Assembly: GCA_024346625.1 (NCBI GenBank)
Contig: AP024664.1
Coordinates: 310,001-374,000, forward strand
Reading direction: 5' to 3'
Source: Williopsis jadinii
Taxonomy: Eukaryota
Length of the DNA stretch: 64,000 nt
The notes under the pieces were generated by a model. That model was not told the origin of the DNA, made no database searches, and saw only the letters and a list, made by a program, of their open reading frames with translations. The stretch's first letter is position 1; the number at the start of each line of letters is the position of its first letter. This document shows, piece after piece, positions 1 to 10,651 of this stretch. Both the position numbers and the translations under genes were made by a program.

Positions 1-618
1 TTCCACGATATCTATGGTAATATCTGGGTCTTCCCCCATGCTTTGGAAAACTTCGATGAGTGACAATTCACTAAAGTCTAGTGATGAGGCCATGATTGAC
101 ATGATCATGACATGCAACGTTCTTGTGATGATATCATCGGTAAGAATGATTGCTTGTCCATTTAGAGAAGACCCATTCAGGGCAAACCAGTTGGACTCGA
201 ACTCCAGATCCGAAATAGCTGAGCGTGTTTTCAACTCATCAAGAGTAACAGATTCACCGGTATTTGTAATCTTGTTCTGGCCGTCGTACAAGGGAATACC
301 CTCTGTGATAATGTGACCTTTAGATTTCCTGACTTCAAAGACATTCGACAACGTCGCATAGCTGCAGAAGAACTTCTTACCATCTCTTTCCCCCTCCTTG
401 GTCATCATTACAGTGTTTGAATGGTTACGTTGTCTAAGAGCGAAAGTTTCACTGCTCGTACACAGCACCACCTCTGATTTCGATGTTGGCGCCTTTAGTA
501 CCAAGGGTTCTTTCTTTTCTTCAATGACCTTTAAAAGTTCCGGTGTTAGCTCCATGAGCCTATAAGAGTAGCTCTGTGGTACATTGGCATGTACCTCATA
601 TTCATTATCACTGGTCAT
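1..618 (-). CDS. DCC1: Ctf18-RFC subunit Dcc1 (3' end runs off the window)
   Basis: Manual minus-strand translation from ATG at 618: ...YRLMELTPELL...SEVVLCTSSETFALRQRNHSNTVM, matching the Dcc1 N-terminus; divergent from BUD3 as in S. cerevisiae. Confidence 0.88.
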   Translation of the reverse strand, partial: MTSDNEYEVHANVPQSYSYRLMELTPELLKVIEEKKEPLVLKAPTSKSEVVLCTSSETFALRQRNHSNTVMMTKEGERDGKKFFCSYATLSNVFEVRKSKGHIITEGIPLYDGQNKITNTGESVTLDELKTRSAISDLEFESNWFALNGSSLNGQAIILTDDIITRTLHVMIMSIMASSLDFSELSLIEVFQSMGEDPDITIDIVE

Positions 619-692
619 CGGTATTGGCTGTCCAGATCGTCGATAATCTCTCAAGCTCATGCTGAGATGAGCTCAAGCTAAAATGGACATGT

Positions 693-860
693 ACGCGAAC
701 ACGAAATCCAATAAACCGAGCGTGTCCCGATCAGATACCTGACGCGCGTTAATTTTTTTCTTTGTTGTTGTGGTTACGCTGAAATGTAAACAATCGTCGT
801 TGCCTCAGAAAAAAAAATGACAACAAGGAACAAAAGAGCCAAACTATGAAATGTAAACAA
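693..860. promoter_or_regulatory. Cell-cycle elements in the DCC1/BUD3 divergent promoter (MCB-like, SCB, two forkhead sites)
   Basis: ACGCGA 693-698, CACGAAA 700-706, ACGCGCGT 742-749; exact 14-bp duplicate TGAAATGTAAACAA at 780-793 and 847-860 containing GTAAACAA. Confidence 0.6.
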
Positions 861-941
861 ACATAACAAAGAACTCTTTGGGCATACTTTCATCCATCAG
901 CCAACAGATTTGACAAGAGTAAGGAAGGGAGGTGAACAAGG

Positions 942-3900
942 ATGTCACGTATTGCTTCTAGTCTTTATGAAGAACATTTCCAGGACCTTGATCCTCAGAA
1001 TGAAGGGGCCCTTGAACCATCCTTGAACGTGATCAAGTTTAAGAACAATCTTGTAACACCGGTGACGGGGAACCACAGGACTCCTGACGAATGGCGTAAC
1101 ATCTTTGCAAAAGGCGCCTTCTTCGAGGGGAATGACGTTAAGCTGGGGTATTTGCTCGCATTGGTGTACGAGGACCCTGAGGCCTCTAAGATCAGCACTG
1201 TTTTGTTTACATCGCTTGGTGAGCTATGTATGAACTCTTTGACTCTGGACACCAGATCGAGGTTCTACGTCGCATGTGAGAACTTAACCAAGGACTATAA
1301 AGAATCGAACGTTAGAAGGGCTCTGGCAATCTCGCTGCTGAGAGCGTATTCCGTATATGGCCATGTTGATCTATCGTCAATTAAAACCAACAGCCCAGCT
1401 GTAAGCCAACGCGACTGGGATGAGACGATGGCAGGTGAGGTCGCATCAAATATGACACTGGTGTCATCAAAGACACCTTTGGAACTCGGCGAGGAGTTGC
1501 TATCATCTGGTTTCTTACAACCACATTTCATCGACTCAACGCGACTTGATGTGGTCTACCAGAATTCACCCGAAGTCATAGAGTCTAATAACAAAATGGT
1601 CTTTCTGTTAGGGAAACAACTCGAACAGTTGTTTGATCCTCTGACGGAGTATTCTCCTGAATTGACCAGATCAGTGTATACTCCTCCAGATCTTGCACCA
1701 AGAGAGGATACAGATCTCGTAAAGAGCATATGCCATGAATTGTTTGATTTTCAAGAGAACATAACGACAGAACTCGTTCAGTTTTTGAAAGAAGTTGTCA
1801 TCCCAATGAGAATCAAAGTGCTGAATGGTGATATAGCGGGTGTTTCAGCAGCAAAGCTTAATCAAGTTTTCCCTCCTACGCTAGATGAAGTCACAAGGGT
1901 AAATTGTATGTTCTTAGAGACTTTGAAGGTTGCTATACCTTACGGAAGCTTTGAAACGCTGAAAGCATGTGCGATAACTATCCCTTACTTCTACAAAGCA
2001 TATATGAGGCATGAAGCTGCTATGAAAAGCTTCTCGCAACAATTCAATGACTTCATGGAGCTTTACAGTGAGGAACTTCCTCCTGATTATCCAAGAAGTA
2101 AAGTTGAATCTGTTGTAAAGGCGTTGCCGAATTTGACAAAAATTAAGCAAACACTGGACAGAATCTACAGTTGTGGTAATTGGAAATACAATGAGATGGA
2201 AGATGTTAAGAAATTCGCAGAAGGTGTTGCGACAACTGTGGAATCTTTTGGTAGGGAGGATCCAAAGCCCTACAACAGAAGAGTCTTTACACCAACTGGT
2301 AAAATCTTGACAGAGATTTGTGAAGGATGGCCCTCAATATTGGCATATGGATGGCTCAACAGAAAAGTGATATCGGTCGCTGACTCCATCTATGGTGAAA
2401 AACAAGGCGTAATAATTTTGTTCAACGATTATATCATTTTCACCGAAATTGAGCGTTTTGATGGTGATGAAGAGGACGTCAGGTACTCACCAAATATCTC
2501 AGATATACTGATGAACTCCTTGACTAACGAGAAACCGATAAAAAAGATACCAAATTTAAAGGTTTTAACTTGGACAAGTCTGAATAATGTTGAGGTATCA
2601 TATTTTAACAATAGTCATCTCGATTTTCTCTTTAAAGATGATCCAGAGGTTACAATAAACACAGAAGTCAAAGAACCATCAAAGTTTATCAATCTGTTGA
2701 ACAAGGCTCAAATATTGGGTAAATCCACTCCATTCCATTTGTTTAAGAACGAGAGATTTGGACTTACTTTATATGCAACTGCTCATGAGAAATTATTGTA
2801 TGATCGTGAACAAAGCCGCTCAAATATTTCTCTGTTTTTAAACTTTGATCCTGATGTGGAAATACTGAAGAAGTACAACCTATTTGCAGGTATCTTTGCT
2901 GAGTTTAAGAACAATATGGTTCAGTTAACAAGGCTCACACAGGAGGGTGAGAAGTTTACCAATTTGGTGAGCGCGTCTGAATTATCGGCATTTATCTCAG
3001 AGGAGGTGTGTGCGTTGGAGAATAAAAGAAGAACATACCAAAACGCTTCTCTTTTCTCAGTTATGGCATCCAACAATGTTGCAAAATTGAAATATTGCAC
3101 AACAGTCAAGAATCCACCAACGCATGTGGAGTCGACACCAGTTCGTAAAGTTTCTGATATATCTATGGCTTGCAGTGTAGACGCCAGGAGATTGTCATCT
3201 CTTTCATCATCGGATGTCAACAAGCCATTACCAAGAATTAACCGTGATGTCACACCGACAAGTCAATTGAGAAATGACCCTCCTAAGAAGCAGAATAGGG
3301 TGACACCAACAATGCAAACGAAAAATGAATCTCAAAGGAAACAGAGTAAGATCAAGAACAGGCTTTCCCAGATCTTTGGCTTCTCCAAGAAGAAGAACCA
3401 CAACGCTGGACGAACACAGACCCGACAACAACAAAAGTCATTAAAGCATAACATGCAGAGACCTATATCAACACCACAACCTGTCACAACCCAACAAGAA
3501 TCTGACTTAATGGGGACTAAAAAGTTTGTTGTTAAGAAACACGTTTCAAATCCACCAACTGTTGTGAGAGATTTTCTTGATGAGGACACAACACCCGAAG
3601 TCGAAACCTTTGATGATTGCAAAACGTTTGAATCTTCAATGTCTGCTATATTTGACGATGGAGATGGTGATTATGTTGGGCGCAATGTAGATGTTAACAT
3701 CAAGGCTTTAACAGGCTTCAATTGGACCATTACAAGAGAGAATTCTTCTGTGAATTGCAATTTGGATAAGCAGTGGCAATTGTCAAATTCCCCAAGAGAA
3801 CCTTCTGTTCCTCGGGTTGTCAAGTCTGAACCACTCTTTGGTCCTCGTCAATTTTCTGGCCAAAGTAAAACTAGTGTCACTTTATCAAATGAAGAGTTGG

Positions 3901-4712
3901 AAGTTTCTGATTCTGAAACTAACCCTGATGATATATCCCCTGTGGACTCAGAATCGCATTACTCAACGCATCACACATCTGATGCGGAACCTGCTCGAAA
4001 GATATCTCTTCGCTCTTCTTCAACGTTAGCTGTGAAAAAAGTCAGAGCTGTCTCAAACGATCAGATTAGTTTCAGAGATCAATCGGTAAGGAACGTTTCC
4101 ACACCAAGTGCAGAAGCTATAGCGACGTTCCTAAGTTCTATGGATAACATTGATATGGATGAATCCTTCACTTCCACTTATAGGGAGGATAATTTACATC
4201 TGATAAGAATTGGTGTGGAAGCAGAAGATGAATCAGGGATGAATGATATAGAGACCTTCACCACTCCAAAGATTTCAGAAGTGGAAGGCTTTGATCAGGA
4301 AGATCAACATGATCAATCTACACTTGAAATGGACGTCGACACACATACACCGAACCAAGAAGTTCAAGATGAGGATGTTCAATTGGGTTACGCTAACATC
4401 AAGAAAGAGGAGATCAACTCAAGCACTGAAAGTTTCAGATCCTGTATGAGTAATGTCAAAATGGAAAATGGAGAATTGGTCACGGTGCCAAAGGGCGAGG
4501 AACACGATGACATTGACCTTATGGTGTCTCGTGATGAATCTTTCAAATATTTGGCTGGTATATTGGACTATTCTGTTGAGCCGGTAATAAAGAAGTCAGA
4601 GACTTTCCAATCCTTCACAAGGTCATACTCTTCGTACAAGTACCTCTCAGTGTTCATCGATTCTGAGGCAAGCGTTTCTAGCGATCTCTACAAGTTCTTG
4701 CAAGAAAGTTGA
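942..4712 (+). CDS. BUD3: Bud site selection protein Bud3 (DH/RhoGEF-like domain, low-complexity C-terminus)
   Basis: 1256-aa ORF with GKQLEQLFDPLTEYSPE, FPPTLDEVTRVNC and YNRRVFTPTGKILTE motifs; position between DCC1 and a YCL012C-like gene. Confidence 0.88.
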   Translation: MSRIASSLYEEHFQDLDPQNEGALEPSLNVIKFKNNLVTPVTGNHRTPDEWRNIFAKGAFFEGNDVKLGYLLALVYEDPEASKISTVLFTSLGELCMNSLTLDTRSRFYVACENLTKDYKESNVRRALAISLLRAYSVYGHVDLSSIKTNSPAVSQRDWDETMAGEVASNMTLVSSKTPLELGEELLSSGFLQPHFIDSTRLDVVYQNSPEVIESNNKMVFLLGKQLEQLFDPLTEYSPELTRSVYTPPDLAPREDTDLVKSICHELFDFQENITTELVQFLKEVVIPMRIKVLNGDIAGVSAAKLNQVFPPTLDEVTRVNCMFLETLKVAIPYGSFETLKACAITIPYFYKAYMRHEAAMKSFSQQFNDFMELYSEELPPDYPRSKVESVVKALPNLTKIKQTLDRIYSCGNWKYNEMEDVKKFAEGVATTVESFGREDPKPYNRRVFTPTGKILTEICEGWPSILAYGWLNRKVISVADSIYGEKQGVIILFNDYIIFTEIERFDGDEEDVRYSPNISDILMNSLTNEKPIKKIPNLKVLTWTSLNNVEVSYFNNSHLDFLFKDDPEVTINTEVKEPSKFINLLNKAQILGKSTPFHLFKNERFGLTLYATAHEKLLYDREQSRSNISLFLNFDPDVEILKKYNLFAGIFAEFKNNMVQLTRLTQEGEKFTNLVSASELSAFISEEVCALENKRRTYQNASLFSVMASNNVAKLKYCTTVKNPPTHVESTPVRKVSDISMACSVDARRLSSLSSSDVNKPLPRINRDVTPTSQLRNDPPKKQNRVTPTMQTKNESQRKQSKIKNRLSQIFGFSKKKNHNAGRTQTRQQQKSLKHNMQRPISTPQPVTTQQESDLMGTKKFVVKKHVSNPPTVVRDFLDEDTTPEVETFDDCKTFESSMSAIFDDGDGDYVGRNVDVNIKALTGFNWTITRENSSVNCNLDKQWQLSNSPREPSVPRVVKSEPLFGPRQFSGQSKTSVTLSNEELEVSDSETNPDDISPVDSESHYSTHHTSDAEPARKISLRSSSTLAVKKVRAVSNDQISFRDQSVRNVSTPSAEAIATFLSSMDNIDMDESFTSTYREDNLHLIRIGVEAEDESGMNDIETFTTPKISEVEGFDQEDQHDQSTLEMDVDTHTPNQEVQDEDVQLGYANIKKEEINSSTESFRSCMSNVKMENGELVTVPKGEEHDDIDLMVSRDESFKYLAGILDYSVEPVIKKSETFQSFTRSYSSYKYLSVFIDSEASVSSDLYKFLQES

Positions 4713-4835
4713 AAACAAAAACAAACAAAACAAAACAGTCATAATCAAAGAGTGAATCGGAATAATAATACGATCAAAAGTGAATAATAATAATTGTGTT
4801 TCTCTCCCCCCCCCCCGAATGAACAAGATATTGAA

Positions 4836-5302
4836 CTAGGAAGTCTCGCCACGTAGTTTACTAAACGTTATAGCCTTAGGGTCCAGTGGCATTCCATCTT
4901 CCCCAATCTGATTATCAGAGAACTTGGACTTGGTGTATTGTAACCGTGCCTCATCAAACGAGATGTTTTGAGCCTTCATTATTCTCAGAATGGCCTCTCT
5001 CCCTTCCTCATCTAGCCCCTTTCTCGAATCATTCGCATTATCATGAGCTATATTGAAGTGTTCTGAGTTGAGACCTGCTTCTATATCTCTTCTGAAGGAG
5101 TTGAGCGTCGAGTAGCCACTTAGGCGGACAGATCTTCTGCTCCACCAATCGCTGACTTGTGGTACTGTTCAACAGGTTAGTATAAAAAGTACTGGTGCAA
5201 TTATTGGAAAAACAACTTACACCATCTCCCTCTTAGAACGAATAGCACTACACCAGCGATTAATACAAATATAGCCACCCCAGCAATGTGATGCTTAGCC
5301 AT
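4836..5302 (-). CDS. YCL012C-like (DUF2015) small membrane-anchored protein, 136 aa; exons 5302-5221 and 5164-4836
   Basis: Not in the ORF track. Intron 5220-5165 (GTAAGT...TACTAAC...CAG); spliced frame gives an N-terminal TM segment plus SFRRDIEAGLNSEHF, DSRKGLDEEG, FDEARL, IGEDGMPLDPKAITF. Confidence 0.85.
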
Positions 5303-5736
5303 TGTGTCTGGTTGCTGTGATTTGGCTATGTGTTATGAAATACAAAATATCGAAACCTCGAGAAGAACACCCCTGTGTGGGGCAGGGCACAACGCTGGTG
5401 TGTTGCTTTTTTTGGCATATTTATGGAACTTTTGCGTACATCGAAGGCGGAAGGGCCGGTACAAATACAAATAAATAAACGCTCGAAAAAAATCATAAAA
5501 TAACAAAATGGCCACAAAGAAAAATAAAAACGGGGAAGTGACACAAAATCGATCCCAATTAATTGAAGAAACAGGGCAATATAAAATATATCAAAGAAAT
5601 AAAAATATATAACTTATACGGCGGATTCAGTAATACTTCGAATTAATTTTGTTTTATTGCAGTTATGCTGTTGACATATTAAGACAACTTTTGGTGAATT
5701 GAGATGGAGATTTAAAAGAAGTAACAAAGAATCGGA

Positions 5737-7253
5737 TTATGGTCTCTTTGCATATGTCACTTTCAAATCACGTCCTCCATAGTTATAGCCGTTCAAGCTT
5801 TCGATAGCAGCTGCAGCGGAAGGTTCATTGACGTATTCAACGACACCGGCACCTGCTGCCCTTCCGACTTCGTTGTATTTGACCTCAGCTTTTGATACGG
5901 TGTCTATTGTTCCGAATAGATCGATCAAATCCTGGTTACTTGTGGCAAATGGTAGGTTATCCACGTAGATGGTACTGCTTGGTTCACCATCACCCTCCAC
6001 ACCTTGAGTGAAGTCGGAGTTTCTGTTTGCAGCGACAGGGGCCTCGTCCCTCTCCAAATGTGTTGGTGCTGCAGAGTCGGAGTTGATCTTACCTTCACGG
6101 ACGTCAATGGCTCTTCCCTCCATCTCATACCCGTTGAAACGCTCAATTGCAGCCTTTACATCGTCTTGGTTGTCGAAATAAACCATACCAAATCCTCTCG
6201 AGCGATGGGTGTAGTCATCCATTTTGATATCAGCACGAATGACATTACCAGCCTCCTTGAAGAGATCTTTCAAATCTTGCCATCTCACGCTGAAGGGTAA
6301 GTTACCAACAAACACTTCGTAATGAGGACCAGCGAATTTTGGTTTACGTTCTCTTTCTCTGTCTCTTCCAAAGTCTCTTCTGTCATCGTATCTGTCTCTT
6401 CCATAGTCACGTCTGTCCCTATCTCTGAAATCACCTCTGTCTCTGCTATCTCTATCCCTGAAATCACGTCTATCACCAAATCTATCTCTCGATCTCTCAG
6501 GTCTAGACGATTCAGGTGGTGGGTTGTCGTGTCTCACAAAGATCTCACGATCACCAATCTTCGTCTGATGCAACTTGTCAATTGCACGATCAGCATCTTC
6601 TCTAGTGGCGAATTCAACTGTGGCCATACCTCTATGACGCCCACGCTGTGTGATGACGTCTGCACGGATAACATCACCGACTCCTCCAAATACATCTCTT
6701 AAACGTTGTGAGTCCACGTCGAATCCTAGATTACCAACAAAAACACTATTGGAGAAGTTTCTGTCAGACTCGCGAGAACCAACTGGTGCAGTTCTATCCT
6801 TTAAATCTTCAAAATCGTTATATGGTCTTCTTGGTGATCTCTCTCTGCGGTATCCACCACGTCCACCACGTCCACCACGTCCACGGCGGTCATAATCACG
6901 ATCACGACGGAATTCACGACGATATCCTTTGTCGTCGTCTCTACCTTCATCTCTACGTGGTGAGAGTTCTCTATCACGGTCGTCCTGTTTTGAACACAAG
7001 CTCTGTGTTAGTATGTGTTTAACATGTCTTGAGCATAGTATACAGCAGGATGTGACGTCTGAGTTGGGATTGTTAAGCAACAACAAGATATACCTTTATC
7101 TTCTGCCCTCAATTTGTAAGACCATCCTAACGGCCAATGTTATCGTTATCGACAAACATGAAAAAAATCAACCCAGGTAAATCATCAGCAGCAACAACAA
7201 CAACAGCAAAACAAAATCAATTAGCAACATACATAACCTCTGTCAATGTCCAT
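5737..7253 (-). CDS. GBP2: SR-like three-RRM mRNA-binding protein Gbp2/Hrb1; exons 7253-7233 and 6984-5737
   Basis: RS/RGG-rich N-terminus and three RRMs (VFVGNL; SVRWQDLKDLF); phase-0 intron 7232-6985 (GTATGT...TACTAAC at 7013-7007...CAG). Confidence 0.88.
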
Positions 7254-7803
7254 TTCATCACTCATCTTGGAAACGGCAATTTATGATCTTTTTAAAGGTG
7301 AATTGAGAAGACGTTTCTGTTTATATGTTGATGTTGATCTATTTTTTGCGCCAGTTTGTTGAGCTTTGAAAAAATTTTCCGTTTTTGTACTTTCACAATA
7401 TAATATAATATAATTATAAGTATCTGTTTTAATTGTGTTTGTTATTATTCTTGTCATAGGCAATATTGATAAATTGGAAATTCATTTAAGAGTAGAAACA
7501 TCTTATAATGAGTTTAATATCATTTCCATTAAGTTAGATAGACTTTAGCTGCTTGATGTCTCTTTTATTCGAGAATTAGTATTGTTTTATTAACAACTGG
7601 AATATTCCATAGTATTGAATATTGCTGATTAGAATTACTAATTATTTTACAACTTGTTCTGAACAACTTGCTAAGAGATTTGTTCCTACATGTGCTTTAC
7701 AATAAGAGGGAAATTATACATCTCCTCAATTTATCTAATGGATCAATACATAACAGCATATTAAAAATTGTGTAATTTTTGCTCAAAACGTTATAAAAAT
7801 TAT

Positions 7804-8505
7804 TCATCTTACAGGGTATGGAAGAACCAGTCTTCTATCAACTTCGGTCTCTTTACCTTCTTCTTCTTCACCTTCAAACTTTAACCTACAACGGCCATCC
7901 CTTCTCGTCCCAATAACCTCTGCTGGATAAAATGTTGTAGTCTCTGGGTACCTGGCTAAGACACGCGTCCCATAAGGATAAGGTTCCAAGTCCACAACTT
8001 CATCAACCGTAGGTATCTGTATTATGTCCTTCCAAGTTGCCTTAAACGTCTTCCCGGGATTGTTGTTTTCATCAGGCTCTGGATCACGAACTTCGAACTT
8101 CGTACCATCACCGACTATCTTTGTAACCTCACATTGAATCCATTCATCATCTGAACCTCTTTGACGCAGCTTAAAGGCAACCTCAGAATAGATATATATA
8201 GTATCACTGACATTATATGGACTTGTCCAGAAACTCCTACCTCTTTTCTGCTTGGCTTCTGCCTTCTTCTCTGTCTCGTGTGTTATTAGTGCTTGTAGAG
8301 TGTTCAGAGTCTCCATAAGTACTCTTCGACTCTTATCCACATTATCTTTATGCGAAGTCACTCTTTCGAGCGCATCCTCAAGTTTCTGTCCATCCAGAGA
8401 TTCTATCGATTGTTGTATATCTCTCTTTTCGTCAAATGGTATCTCCTCATTGGCATTGAATATGTCTTGCAATGAAGAGACGACAACATCCCACTGACCA
8501 TCCAT
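7804..8505 (-). CDS. SGF29: SAGA subunit Sgf29 (tandem Tudor)
   Basis: MDGQWDVVVSSLQDI start, EWIQCEV, VLARYPETTTFYPAEV; synteny with GBP2. Confidence 0.93.
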   Translation of the reverse strand: MDGQWDVVVSSLQDIFNANEEIPFDEKRDIQQSIESLDGQKLEDALERVTSHKDNVDKSRRVLMETLNTLQALITHETEKKAEAKQKRGRSFWTSPYNVSDTIYIYSEVAFKLRQRGSDDEWIQCEVTKIVGDGTKFEVRDPEPDENNNPGKTFKATWKDIIQIPTVDEVVDLEPYPYGTRVLARYPETTTFYPAEVIGTRRDGRCRLKFEGEEEEGKETEVDRRLVLPYPVR

Positions 8506-8821
8506 TTTCCCTAAGCCATATGTTTGTATGTTTCGTGCTTGCAGTTCCAAGTCGACTTCTTTTCTTCCACAATTGGAGTATAAATACAAAAGAGATCGAT
8601 GAAATAATTGATGATAGTGTTTGCACTTTTGTTGATTGGTTGTATAAAATGAGAATAAATAAACATGTACGCGGATCCAACCTTTCTTCTTTCAAAGTAC
8701 TCCACCCGAACATCGATACATCCTAACACCAATGTGTTGGTAAGAAAAAAAAAAACTTCGTCCAACGAACACTTCTTCTCAACATTGAAAGCTCGTTAAA
8801 CAGAATTACAGAGCCAAAAGC

Positions 8822-9883
8822 ATGAGTTTTCTTAGTAGTACAAGAGCACTGGGTCTGTTCAAGGGCCTGTCACTAGGTCCTGTCATTCAGGTTCGTACTG
8901 CAACAAAGAAAGTTGCCGGTTCTAAGACGTCGATGAAGGATTCCGCGGGTCGTCGACTCGGCGCCAAAGCTGCTGAAAACGAACCTGTCAAGACTGGTCA
9001 GATCTTGATGAGACAACGTGGTACCAGATTCTATCCTGGTGAGAACGCATCTATTGGTAAGGATCATACTATTTATGCTACTGAACCAGGCTATGTTCGT
9101 TTTTACCTTGATCCATTCCACCCAAATAGAAAATTCATTGGTGTGGCATTGAGTCCAGAGCTGAGATTACCAACTCCTCATTTCGAGCCAAGAGTGAGAA
9201 GACTAGGCTACGTGCCAATTGAAGATGAAGCTAAAGCTTCATTTGAAGAACAAAACTTGAAGCGTAAGGATCACTTGCTCAGACCAACCATCTTGAAGGA
9301 ACTACAGGAAAGAGCTGCAAAGAGACAAGCCATTGTTGAACAGTACAAAGAACAGTTGAAGACAATCGTTCCAGAATTGTCTGACAACGAATTGTCAATC
9401 GCTGCTGAACGTCTCTCTAATGTGAAGAATCATTTGAAGAATGGTGTTACTCTACCAGATGCTCAAGCCACAGTGACGAGCATCCATCTCCAAGATTTGA
9501 AACTTCAGAATAAGAAGGGTGCTATCTCACCTGAGGAGTATGAAACCTCAAATTCGAACTATCTTTCACTTATAAAGAAGGTTGATTCTTCAGTATCGTT
9601 TGATAACAAATACCAATTGACAAAATTCCTTACCCCAGAGGCTAGACAGGGCAAACTTGATGAGTTGGAGGCTCAATTACAATCTCTTGCCGAAGGTAAA
9701 GGAAAGGATTCAAAGAAGCAATTGTCCAAGGTCCTGGATATGTCCACTCTGATAACACCAGCTGAGAAAAAATTGCTCCATGCCAAATACGTTAAGCCAT
9801 TGTTACCTTTGAATCATGGATTGGCCAAATCAGTTACTAAGCGTTGGAACTACGAGAAGAAGAGAGTCGAGCCATTAGCATGA
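8822..9883 (+). CDS. MRP7: Mitochondrial ribosomal protein bL27m
   Basis: QVRTATKKVAGS..DSAGRRLG, GQILMRQRGTRFYPGEN..GKDHTIYA L27 domain with long C-terminal extension. Confidence 0.92.
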   Translation: MSFLSSTRALGLFKGLSLGPVIQVRTATKKVAGSKTSMKDSAGRRLGAKAAENEPVKTGQILMRQRGTRFYPGENASIGKDHTIYATEPGYVRFYLDPFHPNRKFIGVALSPELRLPTPHFEPRVRRLGYVPIEDEAKASFEEQNLKRKDHLLRPTILKELQERAAKRQAIVEQYKEQLKTIVPELSDNELSIAAERLSNVKNHLKNGVTLPDAQATVTSIHLQDLKLQNKKGAISPEEYETSNSNYLSLIKKVDSSVSFDNKYQLTKFLTPEARQGKLDELEAQLQSLAEGKGKDSKKQLSKVLDMSTLITPAEKKLLHAKYVKPLLPLNHGLAKSVTKRWNYEKKRVEPLA

Positions 9884-9956
9884 AATGATACATCTATATA
9901 TTGTCAACAAATCAAAAATCATGTACATATCTTAGATCAAAGCCCACCGTAGACGA

Positions 9957-10463
9957 CTATACCCTATCGGTAACGTTTGCGTTATCGTTTTCCTTCCATG
10001 AGAACCCACCGTCGATATAACGTTCAGTCTTCCAAATCTCAACTCTTTCCTTGATAGTATCTAACAGCCATATACCTGCATTCCAGCCTTCTTGTCTATG
10101 TGTACTACTCAAACACACAATTATGCTATCTTCCATGATTGGGACCTTTCCTAATCTGTGACCCACGTACACTCGATGGATCTTTTCGTCTTTAACCGAA
10201 TTCTCAAATTTAGTCTTGCACTCTTGGACAATTTTGCCCAATGTTTTCAACGCTAGCCTGTGGTGAGACTCATAACCTAGGTCGCTGACTTGCTTACCTT
10301 CAAATACATCTCTTGTTGTTCCGCAGAACGATATCACAGCTCCAGCCTTGGGTGTCTTGACAAATTTAACACCTTCTGCTAAGTCTAATTCTTTTGTCGT
10401 TAGGAAGATCTTAATAGACTCATCTTGAGCTAGTTGTGGGTCTTCCCAGTAATTATCACACAT
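9957..10463 (-). CDS. Molybdopterin synthase catalytic (large) subunit, MoaE/MOCS2B/CnxH family
   Basis: AGAVISFCGTTRD, LGYESH, HRLGKVPIMEDSI, SSTHRQE, EIWKTERY MoaE motifs; start uncertain (10463 or 10523). Confidence 0.88.
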   Translation of the reverse strand: MCDNYWEDPQLAQDESIKIFLTTKELDLAEGVKFVKTPKAGAVISFCGTTRDVFEGKQVSDLGYESHHRLALKTLGKIVQECKTKFENSVKDEKIHRVYVGHRLGKVPIMEDSIIVCLSSTHRQEGWNAGIWLLDTIKERVEIWKTERYIDGGFSWKENDNANVTDRV

Positions 10464-10651
10464 TGAGTTATTAGTGATCGAATAAGAAACTCTTTCCTGA
10501 ATTCCGTCTTTTGATGGAGACATCGAGAAGCACCTTGCTCTCGGACTTTGACCGACTATTTTTTTCCAATGTCGCTTTTGCACCGTTGCTTCCTTGTAGA
10601 CGAAGCATTTCCAGAGACTCCTGATCCTAATTGGAACGAGAACACTTGCAC

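Noticed and set aside
6985..7232. Possible intronic box C/D snoRNA in the GBP2 intron (TGATGA present)
   Set aside because: No downstream CTGA box D or terminal stem found.
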